Numbered from the whole stretch's first letter, positions 1 through 13,217 are shown. The stretch is DNA of 63,883 bases, filler included, from Octopus bimaculoides (GCF_001194135.2; 8 parts of 7 records of this genome joined end to end with filler, not necessarily neighbours in it); one strand, 5' to 3'. Notes: generated by a model not told the origin, from the sequence alone. A program made the numbers and translations.

Positions 1-108
1 ATGTATGTATGTATGTATGTATGTATGTATGCATGAATGTATGTACGTATGTGTACGTACGTACGTATGTATGTATGTATGTATGTATGTATGTATGTAT
101 GTATGTAT
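1..108. repeat. (ATGT)n microsatellite
   Basis: Direct reading of near-perfect ATGT units. Confidence 0.95.
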
Positions 109-321
109 GATCTTTTCTTTCTCGTTTTAATTTTAGAATAAATTCTGGCCGACCACCTACATGGTAGCTAGGTTGTGAATGAAAGTATCTTGTTTTAACC
201 CACATCCTTTAAATCATTTGAAGGTCTTGCAGATTTTTATAGTCCCAGATATCATTATCACGTGTATGTATGTATGTATGTATGTATGTATGTATGTATG
301 CATTATGTAAACGCGTATGTT

Positions 322-535
322 AATGCGGTAAGCTGGTAGACTCGTTATCGCACCTAATATAATACTGTGATTGCCTCCTGTTTTTTTTTACTGTCTCAGT
401 TCAAATGTCACCTAGGCTAACTTTCCTTTTTATCCCTTCGGGTCGTTAAGGTAAGTACCTTTTGAGCTTTAAGTGTCGATGTAAAATACTTACACCCTTA
501 CCGTAAAATTACTCGCCTTGGCCCCTAATATAAAA
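322..535 (+). mobile_element. Degenerate tRNA-derived SINE, family B
   Basis: gcggtaagctggtagactcgttatc...ctcagttcaaatgtcacctaggctaactttccttttt atcccttcgggtcg matches the better-preserved copy at 15961-16183. Confidence 0.6.
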
Positions 536-640
536 CGATTATGTTAATCTGTACGCAGCCAGGTACATAGCTACGTTCCCAGGATGTATGCAGATACCTT
601 CGTACAATAATGACTGTATGCAGGCTTCAATCTAGCGTTT

Positions 641-896
641 CTTTGTTTCAGTCATTAGACTGTGGCCATGCTGGGGCATCGTTGGGAATTCTAGTCGAAT
701 GATTCGACCCCAGTACTCTTCTTTTAAACCTGTTACCTATTCTATAATTTTTTTTCTTTTTCTGTCGAACCGCTAAACACACTGACGTAGACATATGATG
801 GTAGAAGGAAAAACACAGACACAAACACATACACACATACATGCGTGCACGCACAACAGATTTCTTTCAACTTCCGTCTACCAAATTCACTCACAA
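641..896 (-). mobile_element. tRNA-derived SINE family A, tail and core part
   Basis: ttgtttcagtcattagactgtggccatgctgggg...ccgtctaccaaattcactcacaa is shared with the copies at 5453-5797 and 52680-53093. Confidence 0.75.
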
Positions 897-906
897 TGCT
901 TCACTA

Positions 907-910
907 CCTT

Positions 911-959
<49 letters not shown>

Positions 960-1004
960 GCTACTACAACCATCCTTACCGTCACTAACACTACCATGGC
1001 CACC

Positions 1005-1035
<31 letters not shown>

Positions 1036-1128
1036 CTACACCGCGACCCTTATCAAGCCATATCANNNNNNNNNNCCACCACCAACAACAACAACAACAC
1101 TACACCGCGACCCTTATCAAGCCATATC
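907..1128. repeat. Compound (ACT)n/(ACC)n/(AAC)n trinucleotide microsatellite
   Basis: Direct reading; it explains the poly-T, poly-L and poly-N ORFs in the track. Confidence 0.9.
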
Positions 1129-2004
1129 ACATTAAAACCCAGCAGCACCAAACCGGCAACCATTCCCTTTTCTCATAATGGACGACAATAATTTTGGAGA
1201 AAAATAAAATACAAAAAATATAACGATAAAAAAAAAATGGATGACGATAAGAACAACAACAGCAACATAACCTACACCTCCCACCACCACCACCGCCACC
1301 ACTACTTTCTGACCATAAAAACACGCAAAACAAAACGNNNNNNNNNNNNNNNNNNNNNNNNNNNNNNNNNNNNNNNNNNNNNNNNNNNNNNNNNNNNNNN
1401 NNNNNNNNNNNNNNNNNNNNNNNNNNNNNNNNNNNNNNNNNNNNNNNNNNNNNNNNNNNNNNNNNNNNNNNNNNNNNNNNNNNNNNNNNNNNNNNNNNNN
1501 NNNNNNNNNNNNNNNNNNNNNNNNNNNNNNNNNNNNNNNNNNNNNNNNNNNNNNNNNNNNNNNNNNNNNNNNNNNNNNNNNNNNNNNNNNNNNNNNNNNN
1601 NNNNNNNNNNNNNNNNNNNNNNNNNNNNNNNNNNNNNNNNNNNNNNNNNNNNNNNNNNNNNNNNNNNNNNNNNNNNNNNNNNNNNNNNNNNNNNNNNNNN
1701 NNNNNNNNNNNNNNNNNNNAGTAGTGGTGATAGTTGAGGTGGTGGTGGTGTTGACAATTGTGACTGCAGTTGTGTTAGTTGTATTGGTTGTGTTGATGGT
1801 GAGGGTGGTGGTTGTGGTGGTGTTGGTTGTTGCGATGGTGCTGAAGGGGGTGATGGTGGTGGTGTTAGTAAGAATGGTTCATTCTTAGGATTGATGGTAT
1901 TGGTTGTAGTGGTATTAGCTGTGATGGTGTGTTGTTGGTAATGGTAATGGTGATAGTGCTGGTGGTGGTTGTCTCCCTTACTTTGCTACAGAAATTGAAA
2001 CGTG

Positions 2005-2228
2005 GAAGCGTAAACAAACCAACACCGGTTGTCAAGCGCCGGTTGATACAAACACAAACAAACAAACACGTATACTCGACAGACTCCCATACCAGCTTAC
2101 GTCTACCAAATTCACTCACAAGACATTGGTCGGCCCGGCGGGTAGGTGGGGTTGGAGACTCTAGTGGTGGGCATGGCGACGCCAAACCACGTGGCTGCAA
2201 AGCCTAGCTCGCAACCACACAGCCATAT
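2005..2228 (-). mobile_element. Degenerate SINE family A
   Basis: accggttgtcaagcg, gtctaccaaattcactcacaag and accacacagcc motifs occur in family order. Confidence 0.65.
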
Positions 2229-2698
2229 ATGTACGCTCCTCCCCACCTTTTCCTTCAAGTGACACCGACCCCAATACACCTCCACACCACTCTCATTCTA
2301 CTTTCCCCCTACGGTATTTTTACAAATCTAACTCAATCTCTCTCCTATCTTAATATTTTTATACATATCTTTTACATGCATTATATTTTATTTTTTACTC
2401 TAATCGAACACATACTTTAGTCAATAATTTTTATGGCTCTCTCGCACGAAATATTCTAAACATATTTTCATCGTATGATTTCCAATCATTATTTTCTTTT
2501 TTATAAATTTTGTATTTTCTAGTTAACGCCTTTACACGATTTAGGATTTTTTTTTTTTTAATATGCTTTTAATATTTTATTTTTCATATTTACAATAATT
2601 TAACCGTGTGCGTGGTTTATATTATAATTTTTTATCGCCAACACGGACTTTTGCCATACATGCAGATTTTTATGCACGCATTTAAAAATTTTTAATTA

Positions 2699-2815
2699 TT
2701 ATTTCTTCTCGTCGCTGCAGTAAGCAGTCACCCCATCATCGTGCACAAAACATGTCGCCTCGCTCTTTCTTTTCATAAAACTCTGTTCAAATTCGGGGCT
2801 TCGTCGAACGATGTC
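2699..2815 (-). CDS. Possible terminal coding exon of an unidentified gene (5' part lost in gap)
   Basis: Open frame DIVRRSPEFEQSFMKRKSEATCFVHDDGVTAYCSDEKK* in non-repetitive, relatively GC/CpG-rich sequence followed by an AT-rich tract; no family recognised. Confidence 0.25.
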   Translation of the reverse strand, partial: DIVRRSPEFEQSFMKRKSEATCFVHDDGVTAYCSDEKK

Positions 2816-3862
2816 NNNNNNNNNNNNNNNNNNNNNNNNNNNNNNNNNNNNNNNNNNNNNNNNNNNNNNNNNNNNNNNNNNNNNNNNNNNNNNNNNNNNN
2901 NNNNNNNNNNNNNNNNNNNNNNNNNNNNNNNNNNNNNNNNNNNNNNNNNNNNNNNNNNNNNNNNNNNNNNNNNNNNNNNNNNNNNNNNNNNNNNNNNNNN
3001 NNNNNNNNNNNNNNNNNNNNNNNNNNNNNNNNNNNNNNNNNNNNNNNNNNNNNNNNNNNNNNNNNNNNNNNNNNNNNNNNNNNNNNNNNNNNNNNNNNNN
3101 NNNNNNNNNNNNNNNNNNNNNNNNNNNNNNNNNNNNNNNNNNNNNNNNNNNNNNNNNNNNNNNNNNNNNNNNNNNNNNNNNNNNNNNNNNNNNNNNNNNN
3201 NNNNNNNNNNNNNNNNNNNNNNNNNNNNNNNNNNNNNNNNNNNNNNNNNNNNNNNNNNNNNNNNNNNNNNNNNNNNNNNNNNNNNNNNNNNNNNNNNNNN
3301 NNNNNNNNNNNNNNNNNNNNNNNNNNNNNNNNNNNNNNNNNNNNNNNNNNNNNNNNNNNNNNNNNNNNNNNNNNNNNNNNNNNNNNNNNNNNNNNNNNNN
3401 NNNNNNNNNNNNNNNNNNNNNNNNNNNNNNNNNNNNNNNNNNNNNNNNNNNNNNNNNNNNNNNNNNNNNNNNNNNNNNNNNNNNNNNNNNNNNNNNNNNN
3501 NNNNNNNNNNNNNNNNNNNNNNNNNNNNNNNNNNNNNNNNNNNNNNNNACGCTCCAATCAGAAACCGGTATTATAGTCATTATTATAATAATATGGTTAC
3601 ATGGAATGAGAATTATGTTCACTCATCACTAGATCGAAGAAATTGTTAGAAATGTGTCTCAAATCACATGAGAATATTGTATTCTAGGTATCTCACCTGT
3701 TCTTTCTGGTTTGCTTTGATTCCATCTACCAAATCTACGCACACACACGCGGACACACTTTTACGCCCACACAAACATAAACACACAAGCGCGCACATAC
3801 ATCCATTCAGATAACAAACACGCACACACTGAATGTATTACTGTGTGTCTGTGCGTGTATGC

Positions 3863-3941
<79 letters not shown>

Positions 3942-4086
3942 TATGTGCATGCATATACGTAAATATATATATATGTATACACACATAAACACACATATAT
4001 ACACAGTAAATCCTATGCAAACATTGAAACGTACATGTATACACATTAATGCATGCACACACGAACGCTCACATATNNNNNNNNNN

Positions 4087-4123
<37 letters not shown>

Positions 4124-5452
4124 ACATACACACAGATAGACATATACATTAATATATACATAAGATCACACCAAACCTCTTTCGCAATCATTCATGAATT
4201 ATAGATTTCTGCGATAATCATCTGCATAGAATTAACACGCCTTTCGTTCGTTGATACATATTCACACATCCCCACAGATACATAGATTCTCTGGAAGAAA
4301 TATACAAACACAGATATGAAACACAATCACACTCACACACACACACGCACATACATGCATACGTACATACATACACACACACACACCTTTGGGAAGCAGT
4401 CAAAAGGCATTCATTGGAACATATAATTCGGTCATAGAATTCGTCTTAATCCGTACTACCTGTCTGTTTCACACGCATCACGCATCATGTCCCGCACACA
4501 CACACACACACACACNNNNNNNNNNNNNNNNNNNNNNNNNNNNNNNNNNNNNNNNNNNNNNNNNNNNNNNNNNNNNNNNNNNNNNNNNNNNNNNNNNNNN
4601 NNNNNNNNNNNNNNNNNNNNNNNNNNNNNNNNNNNNNNNNNNNNNNNNNNNNNNNNNNNNNNNNNNNNNNNNNNNNNNNNNNNNNNNNNNNNNNNNNNNN
4701 NNNNNNNNNNNNNNNNNNNNNNNNNNNNNNNNNNNNNNNNNNNNNNNNNNNNNNNNNNNNNNNNNNNNNNNNNNNNNNNNNNNNNNNNNNNNNNNNNNNN
4801 NNNNNNNNNNNNNNNNNNNNNNNNNNNNNNNNNNNNNNNNNNNNNNNNNNNNNNNNNNNNNNNNNNNNNNNNNNNNNNNNNNNNNNNNNNNNNNNNNNNN
4901 NNNNNNNNNNNNNNNNNNNNNNNNNNNNNNNNNNNNNNNNNNNNNNNNNNNNNNNNNNNNNNNNNNNNNNNNNNNNNNNNNNNNNNNNNNNNNNNNNNNN
5001 NNNNNNNNNNNNNNNNNNNNNNNNNNNNNNNNNNNNNNNNNNNNNNNNNNNNNNNNNNNNNNNNNNNNNNNNNNNNNNNNNNNNNNNNNNNNNNNNNNNN
5101 NNNNNNNNNNNNNNNNNNNNNNNNNNNNNNNNNNNNNNNNNNNNNNNNNNNNNNNNNNNNNNNNNNNNNNNNNNNNNNNNNNNNNNNNNNNNNNNNNNNN
5201 NNNNNNNNNNNNNNNNNNNNNNNNNNNNNNNNNNNNNNNNNNNNNNNNNNNNNNNNNNNNNNNNNNNNNNNNNNNNNNNNNNNNNNNNNNNNNNNNNNNN
5301 NNNNNNNNNNNNNNNNNNNNNNNNNNNNNNNNNNNNNNNNNNNNNNNNNNNNNNNNNNNNNNNNNNNNNNNNNNNNNNNNNNNNNNNNNNNNNNNNNNNN
5401 NNNNNNNNNNNNNNNNNNNNNNNNNNNNNNNNNNNNNNNNNNNNNNNNNNNN

Positions 5453-5797
5453 GTACCGCCTTTAGTCGAGCAAATCGACCCCAGGACTTATTCTTTGTAA
5501 GCCTAGTACTTATTCTATCAGCCTCTTTTGCCCAACCGCTAAGTTACGGGGACCTAAACACATCAGCATCGGTTGTCAAGCGATGTTGGGGGGACAAACA
5601 CAGACGCACATGCATATATATATATACATATATACGACGGGCTTCTTTCAGTTTCCGTCTACCAAATCCACTCACAAGGCTTTGGTCGGCCCGAGGTTAT
5701 AGTAGAATACACTTGCCCAAGGTGCCACACAGTGGGACTGAACCCGGAACCATGTGGTTGGTAAGCAAGCTACTTACCACACAGCCACTCCTGCGCC
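5453..5797 (-). mobile_element. Near full-length tRNA-derived SINE family A
   Basis: The minus strand begins GGCGCAGGAGTGGCTGTGTGGTAAGTAGC (A-box-like) and has GGTTCAGTCCC (B-box-like), an internal TA/TG microsatellite and the conserved tail. Confidence 0.9.
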
Positions 5798-6066
5798 TAT
5801 ATATACATTTATATATGATAATGCACACAACCACTTACTATGTGTGTATATTTGCTTGTATATACAGACGCAACCACATACACATTCGGAGTGTGGAAAA
5901 TGGGAAATTATTCAAAATATGCCACTGTGTACCGCCGACAGAGTTCATTGCCTCCTTGTTTAAGTACATTTGACTGTAGTCAAGATTTGGAATGTCTGCT
6001 CGCTGATGGCGCCACCAGTGTTGTGCCGTAGGCGAAAATGTTAATGACAGTGATCTATAATGTTCA

Positions 6067-6111
<45 letters not shown>

Positions 6112-6211
6112 NNNNNNNNNNNNNNNNNNNNNNNNNNNNNNNNNNNNNNNNNNNNTTAATTAATTAANNNNNNNNNNNNNNNNNNNNNNNNNNNNNNNNN
6201 NNNNNNNNNNN
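6112..6211. other. Artificial scaffold linker (44 N + TTAATTAATTAA + 44 N)
   Basis: Exactly 100 nt; the identical format occurs seven times in the window. Confidence 0.95.
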
Positions 6212-6726
6212 GATAGGGAGAGATTATAAATGGCTACGTAAGTGAGGGGTATAATGAGGGACCGAAGAATTCGAACGAAGGAGTGAAAAAAAAAAAAAAA
6301 AGGAACATGTTTGTCAATATAGAGGAAAAAGGGTTGTGTGTTGAACCATGATGTTGAAGGGAGCAGAGGGAAAGAACTGCGTGAAGGAATAACAAAGAAC
6401 GGAGGGAACACACGCATGTAGAAACATATAGACGTAGACAGAGATATAAAAAAAAGATTATTTGTTTCAAACATGTTATACATCTTCTATCAATAAAGAT
6501 TGTTCTATATTTCCTTATTAGTTTTATTTGGGAAAGCATGGCTCCTGGGTCCATTACCGTTCCAACAACTTCTCGTCTTTTCTACAAAATGTTGCACTGA
6601 GAGAAATTTTATTGAGAATCAGGCGCTCCGAGATATTGAAACTTTTGTGGACTTCTGAATATTATTGTTTTGTACGATAAGACTTGTAAGGATATCTATA
6701 TCTGTCCCCTATGTATGTATGTATGC

Positions 6727-6771
<45 letters not shown>

Positions 6772-6823
6772 CATACATGCATGTATCAATTACATATATA
6801 TTTATATAAACACACACATACAA

Positions 6824-6896
<73 letters not shown>

Positions 6897-7519
6897 TAGA
6901 GCTGCCTCTATAAAATCGACTTTAAGCTCGAACCCAACAGTGGCTCGAAGCTCCGGAATCATGTTCCTCTATGATTCTGGAACAGAATAATGGTCTGCAG
7001 ATTATCTCCCTTCTCCCTCAGAAGACTCGCAATTGACGACCAAGCCTTTCTGTATCTATTTCCCGAATGAATATCATTACGAATTTTCCTCGTTTACTAT
7101 TTCATGCAACTGATGAGAGTTGAGTTGCTTCTCTTGGCTCAATTTTAATTTAATTGTGCAAATATTCTAATCTGTAAACGTTCTCTACTCTTTTGTGTAT
7201 GTTATTGTCTTACGTAAAGCTGGTGCCAAGACAGGAAAACCCGTGCTGATAACGACTGTTGATGCAGAAATACGTGTCCCGGTTTTGCTTGTTGGTGATG
7301 TCCTGTTCTTATTGTATATTTTTTTTTGTGTGTTTACATGTGTTCGCTCGTTGGTGATGTGTTGTACATATATATATAGGCATGCATGCGCACATACATT
7401 CATGCATACATGAACACATGCATACGCATATGCAAACACGCACACACACACATACATTCACTGCAATCCTAGAACAGGAGATTGCTACTAAATAGCTAAT
7501 GAACAAAAGAGCCAGTGAA

Positions 7520-7868
7520 GCCTTAGATTTCCGAGATGCAACCGAAAATGTAGATTATGTCATATTTCTGTGGAAGACATCTCACACTTGATTAGCAGCT
7601 GCCCAGAAATGTCCTCAAGGTACTACCTTTCTATGCGACGCGATGTTGTTGCAAAACCAATATACAATGCTATCTGCAAAAAAGACTGTCCTGGAATAAA
7701 TGTAGAGATTCCCAAATCTTACACAAACACCAATACAAGGAATATCGGTGGAATATTCCCATCAAAACTTCTGTCAAAAGTAAGTATAACAGGTTGGATA
7801 TTGTTGTTTGGGACACACACTAAAAGTATGTTCCATCACTGAGGTTAGTTGTTTTGCAGATGTGGAAT

Positions 7869-7871
<3 letters not shown>
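7520..7871 (+). mobile_element. Non-LTR retrotransposon remnant (R4/Dong- or NeSL-like): CCHC zinc motif and start of restriction-like endonuclease
   Basis: KCRLCHISVEDISHLISSCPEMSSRYYLSMRRDVVAK matches the C-x2-C-x7-H-x4-C plus RHD-type region; after frameshifts WNIPIKT...NRLDIVVWD matches the RPDIVV endonuclease motif. Confidence 0.8.
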
Positions 7872-7907
<36 letters not shown>

Positions 7908-8270
7908 GTTTAACGTCCGCTTTCCATGCTAGCATGGGTTGGACGATCTGACTGAGGACTGGTGAAACCAGATGGCTACACCAGGCTCCAATTCTGATTT
8001 GGCAGAGTTTCTACAGCTGGATGCCCTTCCTAACGCCAACCACTCAGAGAGTGTAGTGGGTGCTTTTACGTGCCACCGGCACGAGGGCCAGTCAGGAGGT
8101 ACTGGCAACGGCCATGCTCAAAATGGTGTATTCTATGTGCCACCTGCACAGGAGCCAGTCCAGCGGCACTGGCAACGAACTCGCTCGAATGTCTTTTCAC
8201 GTTCCACTGGCACAAGTGCCAGGAAGGCGACGTTGGTAATGGTCACGCTCAAATGGTGCTATTTACGTGC
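7872..8270 (-). mobile_element. Non-autonomous retroposon with RTE-type 3' tail and (GAT)n end, nested in the LINE remnant
   Basis: The minus strand reads ...ttaggaagggcatccagctgtagaaactctgcc...ccaacccatgctagcatggaaagcggacgttaaacgatgatgat, with internal ~65-nt repeats. Confidence 0.85.
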
Positions 8271-8526
8271 CTCTTTGAAAATCGAAGAGAAGGAGGTTAA
8301 CTATGGTCAACTTCTTTGGAACCTTCAGCTTCTATATCCAGATTACAAATTTATGCTAATACCAATAATAATTGGTGCTCTTGCTTCTGTGAGTAACTGC
8401 CTAACTGTCAGTCTGGATAAGCTTGGATTTTCAGAAAAAGAAATCAGCCAACTGATTCACATTTCAAATACAATCTATAAGACGAACAGTAGAAATTTGT
8501 AAGGTTTTCTCAAGTTTAAAATGTGA
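8271..8526 (+). mobile_element. C-terminal endonuclease part of the same non-LTR remnant
   Basis: SLKIEEKEVNYGQLLWNLQLLYPDYKFMLIPIIIGALAS has the K..Y..L and IIIGALG-type motifs; it joins the left fragment as DV(N)I|SLKI. Confidence 0.8.
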
Positions 8527-8721
8527 CATTTTTTTTTTGTTACCTACTTGCAACGATGTACCTTTTGTAGCTTTGCACCTTTGTTAGAAACTAGCTCCCT
8601 CCTCAGAGGAAGAACTTTAATTAAAAGCAGAAGAGAACATACATCATGTAGGTAGATGAACTGGTAAAGTCGCTGGAACTTGGGAGAGAACGCTTTGCAT
8701 TGTTCCAAATCTATGGAACAT

Positions 8722-9022
8722 TAGATTGCAGCCATGCTGGACACCGATTCCAGTGCTTTAAAGCCTAGTACATATTCTATCGGTCTTTATGCCGCACCCC
8801 TAAGTTACAGGGACGTAAACAAACGAACACCAGTTGTCAAGCGGTGGTGGGGGGAAAACACAAAAGAAAAGTCGTACACGCACACACATATATAGATATA
8901 CATGTGACACCAAATCCACTCACAAGGCTTTGGTTGTTCCGAGACTGTGGACGATATTTGCCCAAGGTGCCACGCAGTGGGACTGAACCCGGAACCATGT
9001 GGTTGGAGAGCAAATATCTTTC
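8722..9022 (-). mobile_element. Degenerate SINE family A
   Basis: tgcccaaggtgccacgcagtgggactgaacccggaaccatgtggttg head plus family tail motifs. Confidence 0.8.
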
Positions 9023-10161
9023 TACTCACTAAATAGTCACTTCTAACTATTAATCTATCTCATTCGCCATCATTTATGATACGTTCTTTCTGTCTGACGA
9101 TCAGTTTCGTGAAACTCTGAATTACAGCTTGTGAATATTCAGCTTCAGTGAATCCCTGTCATACACTACCTTTGATATTCGAATACGATTTTCCTCCACC
9201 TGGTTTTGCACCTGTGCATATGTATGCATATGTATGCATGTGCTGCATGTCTATGCATGTTTTTTTGTGTTGTCACAGTGGAAAGAGAAGGCAATAGTCC
9301 TGTTGAATGAGATAAAAGACACGAAAAGAAGGTATTATTAACGATGGAGAATGAGGTAAATTACATAGATAGGCAGGAGATTCAAAGATTCGGAGCTAGC
9401 AGCTTCTGAGAAACGAAGAGAGAATATGAATGAGGGAAGGGAAGGAAAATTAGAGTGGTGATGTGATATAATAAATATATAGTATAAAAGAACGACAGAG
9501 AAAATTCTACAAACTGAAAAAGAAAATGAGTGACGGCTGGAGAAAAAGAGAGGATTTTGTATAAAAAAAGGGAAGTGGGTACTAACATTGAGAAGAAAAA
9601 TGGTGTAAGAATAATATACTTAGAGAAAACAGAGGATCTGTGTATGTATCTTGTGTGTGCGTGGGTCTATGTGTTTGTGTGTGTATGTGCCTGTGTATGT
9701 ATACACACACACACATACATGAATACATATTGAAGAGAAGAAATAATGAAATCATTGAGAATAATAAAAATCAAATGCATGAAGTGGACCAGAACATGGA
9801 GGAAAAGCATTAAGAAATACTGATAATAGGTAAAGATAAACACCGTCACTTTGACGGGTACTAGGCTGGTAAGCCTCGTTTCACATCTCCGTTATGGGAC
9901 TTCAGTGATACTTGGAGGACGTACAACTTATTATATGCACAGTTTATATTACAGAAAAGTGGTAAAAATGTATAGAAATGTGTTGTTAGGTTCTCATTAA
10001 GCGATGATTAGGCGAAGTCAAGAAGTCACAACCATCCGAAGATCAAAAAACGTGAAACCTGGTGTAGAGGAGGTTAAAACGTTCAACATACAAGAAATAG
10101 GATAAAATTTTGCAATAAGTTTTTGAGTATATTTTATCTCGTGGTGGTACCATAATATACT

Positions 10162-10220
<59 letters not shown>

Positions 10221-10230
10221 GTGTATCTAC

Positions 10231-10272
<42 letters not shown>

Positions 10273-10350
10273 GTGTATCCATCCATCCATCCATCCATCC
10301 ATCCATCCATCTATCTATCTATCTAAGCGTATGTATGTATGTATGTATGT
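10162..10350. repeat. (TCTA)n/(TCCA)n/(TATG)n tetranucleotide microsatellite
   Basis: Direct reading. Confidence 0.95.
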
Positions 10351-10583
10351 ATTAAATGCATAAAGAGAAAGAGTGTTTGGAGAGAGAGAGAGAAAACTGA
10401 GCAAGAGAAGAAAGGAGTGAGGAAAATAAGAGAGTGCAATACCAATACATACATATTCATGCACACACACACATGTTAATATATAAATATATGTGTGTAT
10501 GTGTGCGTACATATACGTATCTTTATAATTATACAGATATATGTATGTGCATGCATACATTATATGGCTATATATATATATGC

Positions 10584-10666
<83 letters not shown>

Positions 10667-11022
10667 TATGTATATAACAGATATATATATGTGCGTGCGT
10701 CTGTGTGTGTGAAAATGTATGCCTGTGTATCTATGCAGAAATCCTCATACTTCTGCATGTAAAGGAAAGACGAAAGAAAGAGAGAGAGAGAGAGGGGAAG
10801 CGAGTGAGAGAGAGAAAGTCGGGAAAAGAGGGAGAGAGAAAGAGGAAGATGAAAGAGTGAGAGACAAAATACAGAATTGGGAAAAACAGTGAGGTAAAGA
10901 TGGAAACCTCACGATTAGACCTGAGAGGCAGGGTAAGAGGAATGTTTGTGTGTTGGTGTTCTGCTCTCCCCTCCACTACCTCACCTCCAAGCACACTTAC
11001 ACGTACACACACACACGCATAT

Positions 11023-11060
<38 letters not shown>

Positions 11061-11107
11061 GCATGCATGCACAAATATCACTATAGTTATATATGTGTGC
11101 TTGTGAG

Positions 11108-11138
<31 letters not shown>

Positions 11139-11153
11139 GTACACCCATATACG

Positions 11154-11253
11154 NNNNNNNNNNNNNNNNNNNNNNNNNNNNNNNNNNNNNNNNNNNNTTA
11201 ATTAATTAANNNNNNNNNNNNNNNNNNNNNNNNNNNNNNNNNNNNNNNNNNNN
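11154..11253. other. Artificial scaffold linker
   Basis: 44 N + TTAATTAATTAA + 44 N. Confidence 0.95.
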
Positions 11254-11330
<77 letters not shown>

Positions 11331-11920
11331 GGAGAGTGAGAGAGCGAGATGTAGTATGAGAAAGAGAGAGAGAGAAATATGTGTGTGTGTGTACATATAT
11401 ATACATATAAAAACATACAATGTATACATAAATATATATATGCAGAACCTCTCGCAAATACGCTTTTGTGTTATCTATAATTGCATGCACACCAAATTGA
11501 CAGTAGATAACTCAGCATTAACATTAATTCAGTTCGTATACTAAGGCACTAATACACAGTTTTCTCGTTTCTAATAGAATCTTACAAACGTACAAATTAA
11601 ATATGATATGAATTCATTATTCATCTGCTAATTTAGACTTCCTGGCATTAGTTCCAGTTCAGAAATTCAACGAAGAGCCACACTTCATTCAATTTCGTCT
11701 CCCTTTCAGGTAATTAATTTCTGCCAACAATTTCCATTTGCTTATTAGTTGAAGCTACGTAGACTGGGACTATTTAAAGATTTTTCTTTACATTCATTAG
11801 ATTTTCTTGTAGTCATAACGAGAGCTTAAACTTCGAAATTACTCGTTTGATTTCTCTAAGCACGAAGATCTGGTTTTTACTTAGGCGAAGTGAATGAAAG
11901 CTTCAGCCTCTTATGCATAC

Positions 11921-11954
<34 letters not shown>

Positions 11955-12588
11955 ATATNNNNNNNNNNNNNNNNNNNNNNNNNNNNNNNNNNNNNNNNNN
12001 NNNNNNNNNNNNNNNNNNNNNNNNNNNNNNNNNNNNNNNNNNNNNNNNNNNNNNNNNNNNNNNNNNNNNNNNNNNNNNNNNNNNNNNNNNNNNNNNNNNN
12101 NNNNNNNNNNNNNNNNNNNNNNNNNNNNNNNNNNNNNNNNNNNNNNNNNNNNNNNNNNNNNNNNNNNNNNNNNNNNNNNNNNNNNNNNNNNNNNNNNNNN
12201 NNNNNNNNNNNNNNNNNNNNNNNNNNNNNNNNNNNNNNNNNNNNNNNNNNNNNNNNNNNNNNNNNNNNNNNNNNNNNNNNNNNNNNNNNNNNNNNNNNNN
12301 NNNNNNNNNNNNNNNNNNNNNNNNNNNNNNNNNNNNNNNNNNNNNNNNNNNNNNNNNNNNNNNNNNNNNNNNNNNNNNNNNNNNNNNNNNNNNNNNNNNN
12401 NNNNNNNNNNNNNNNNNNNNNNNNNNNNNNNNNNNNNNNNNNNNNNNNNNNNNNNNNNNNNNNNNNNNNNNNNNNNNNNNNNNNNNNNNNNNNNNNNNNN
12501 NNNNNNNNNNNNNNNNNNNNNNNNNNNNNNNNNNNNNNNNNNNNNNNNNNNNNNNNNNNNNNNNNNNNNNNNNNNNNNNNNNNNNNNN

Positions 12589-12632
<44 letters not shown>

Positions 12633-13026
12633 CCCAACAAAACGAAGGACAAACACAAAAAGACAACGCGCGAATGTGGTACATGTAAAGAATTAGCAGA
12701 CTCTCAGGGAAGGAAAGGTGATTTTATGTTTCGAGCAAGGCTCTTCTTCAGAAACAGAGATAAGTCCAATAGAAAAGGAAGGCCCCACGTCTTCGCGTTG
12801 TTGTTTCTTGCGGTTGTTTTTCCTTTTGTCATTTACTATATATATATTAGTTTGACACTAGGTGGATAGTTGTCAGCTCATTACAACTGTTTCGTACGTA
12901 ACTTCTTAATAGAGGAGTGAGAACATCGTATCATTATATATAGGTTGGTTATCTCTGAGTACAAATACTCATAGGTTTGGTTTTCTCCCGGTACAAACAC
13001 TCATATATATATATAAAACGACATGT

Positions 13027-13166
13027 TTCTTTCATTTTCTGTTTACCAAATCCACTCTCGATCCGAGGCTATAGTTAATGATACTTTCCCAAGGTAGTGC
13101 GCAGCGGTACTGAACCCGGAACCATGTTGTTGGGGAGCAAGTTTCTTACCACATAGTCACTTCTGC

Positions 13167-13169
<3 letters not shown>
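13027..13169 (-). mobile_element. SINE family A head
   Basis: actgaacccggaaccatgttgttggggagcaagtttcttaccacatagtcacttctgcacc is the tRNA-like head. Confidence 0.75.

Positions 13170-13217
<48 letters not shown>

Noticed and set aside
1010-1128. ~55-nt direct repeat on either side of a 10-N gap
   Set aside because: Identical sequence flanking a minimal gap is the typical sign of unmerged contig overlap
5700-5797. tRNA-like sequences here and at 15961, 27930, 51860, 52680 and 63446
   Set aside because: They have A/B-box-like motifs but continue into repeat bodies and lack complete cloverleaf stems, so they are SINE heads and not tRNA genes
7972-8502. 176-aa ORF
   Set aside because: It is a chance fusion of the antisense retroposon with the downstream LINE endonuclease fragment
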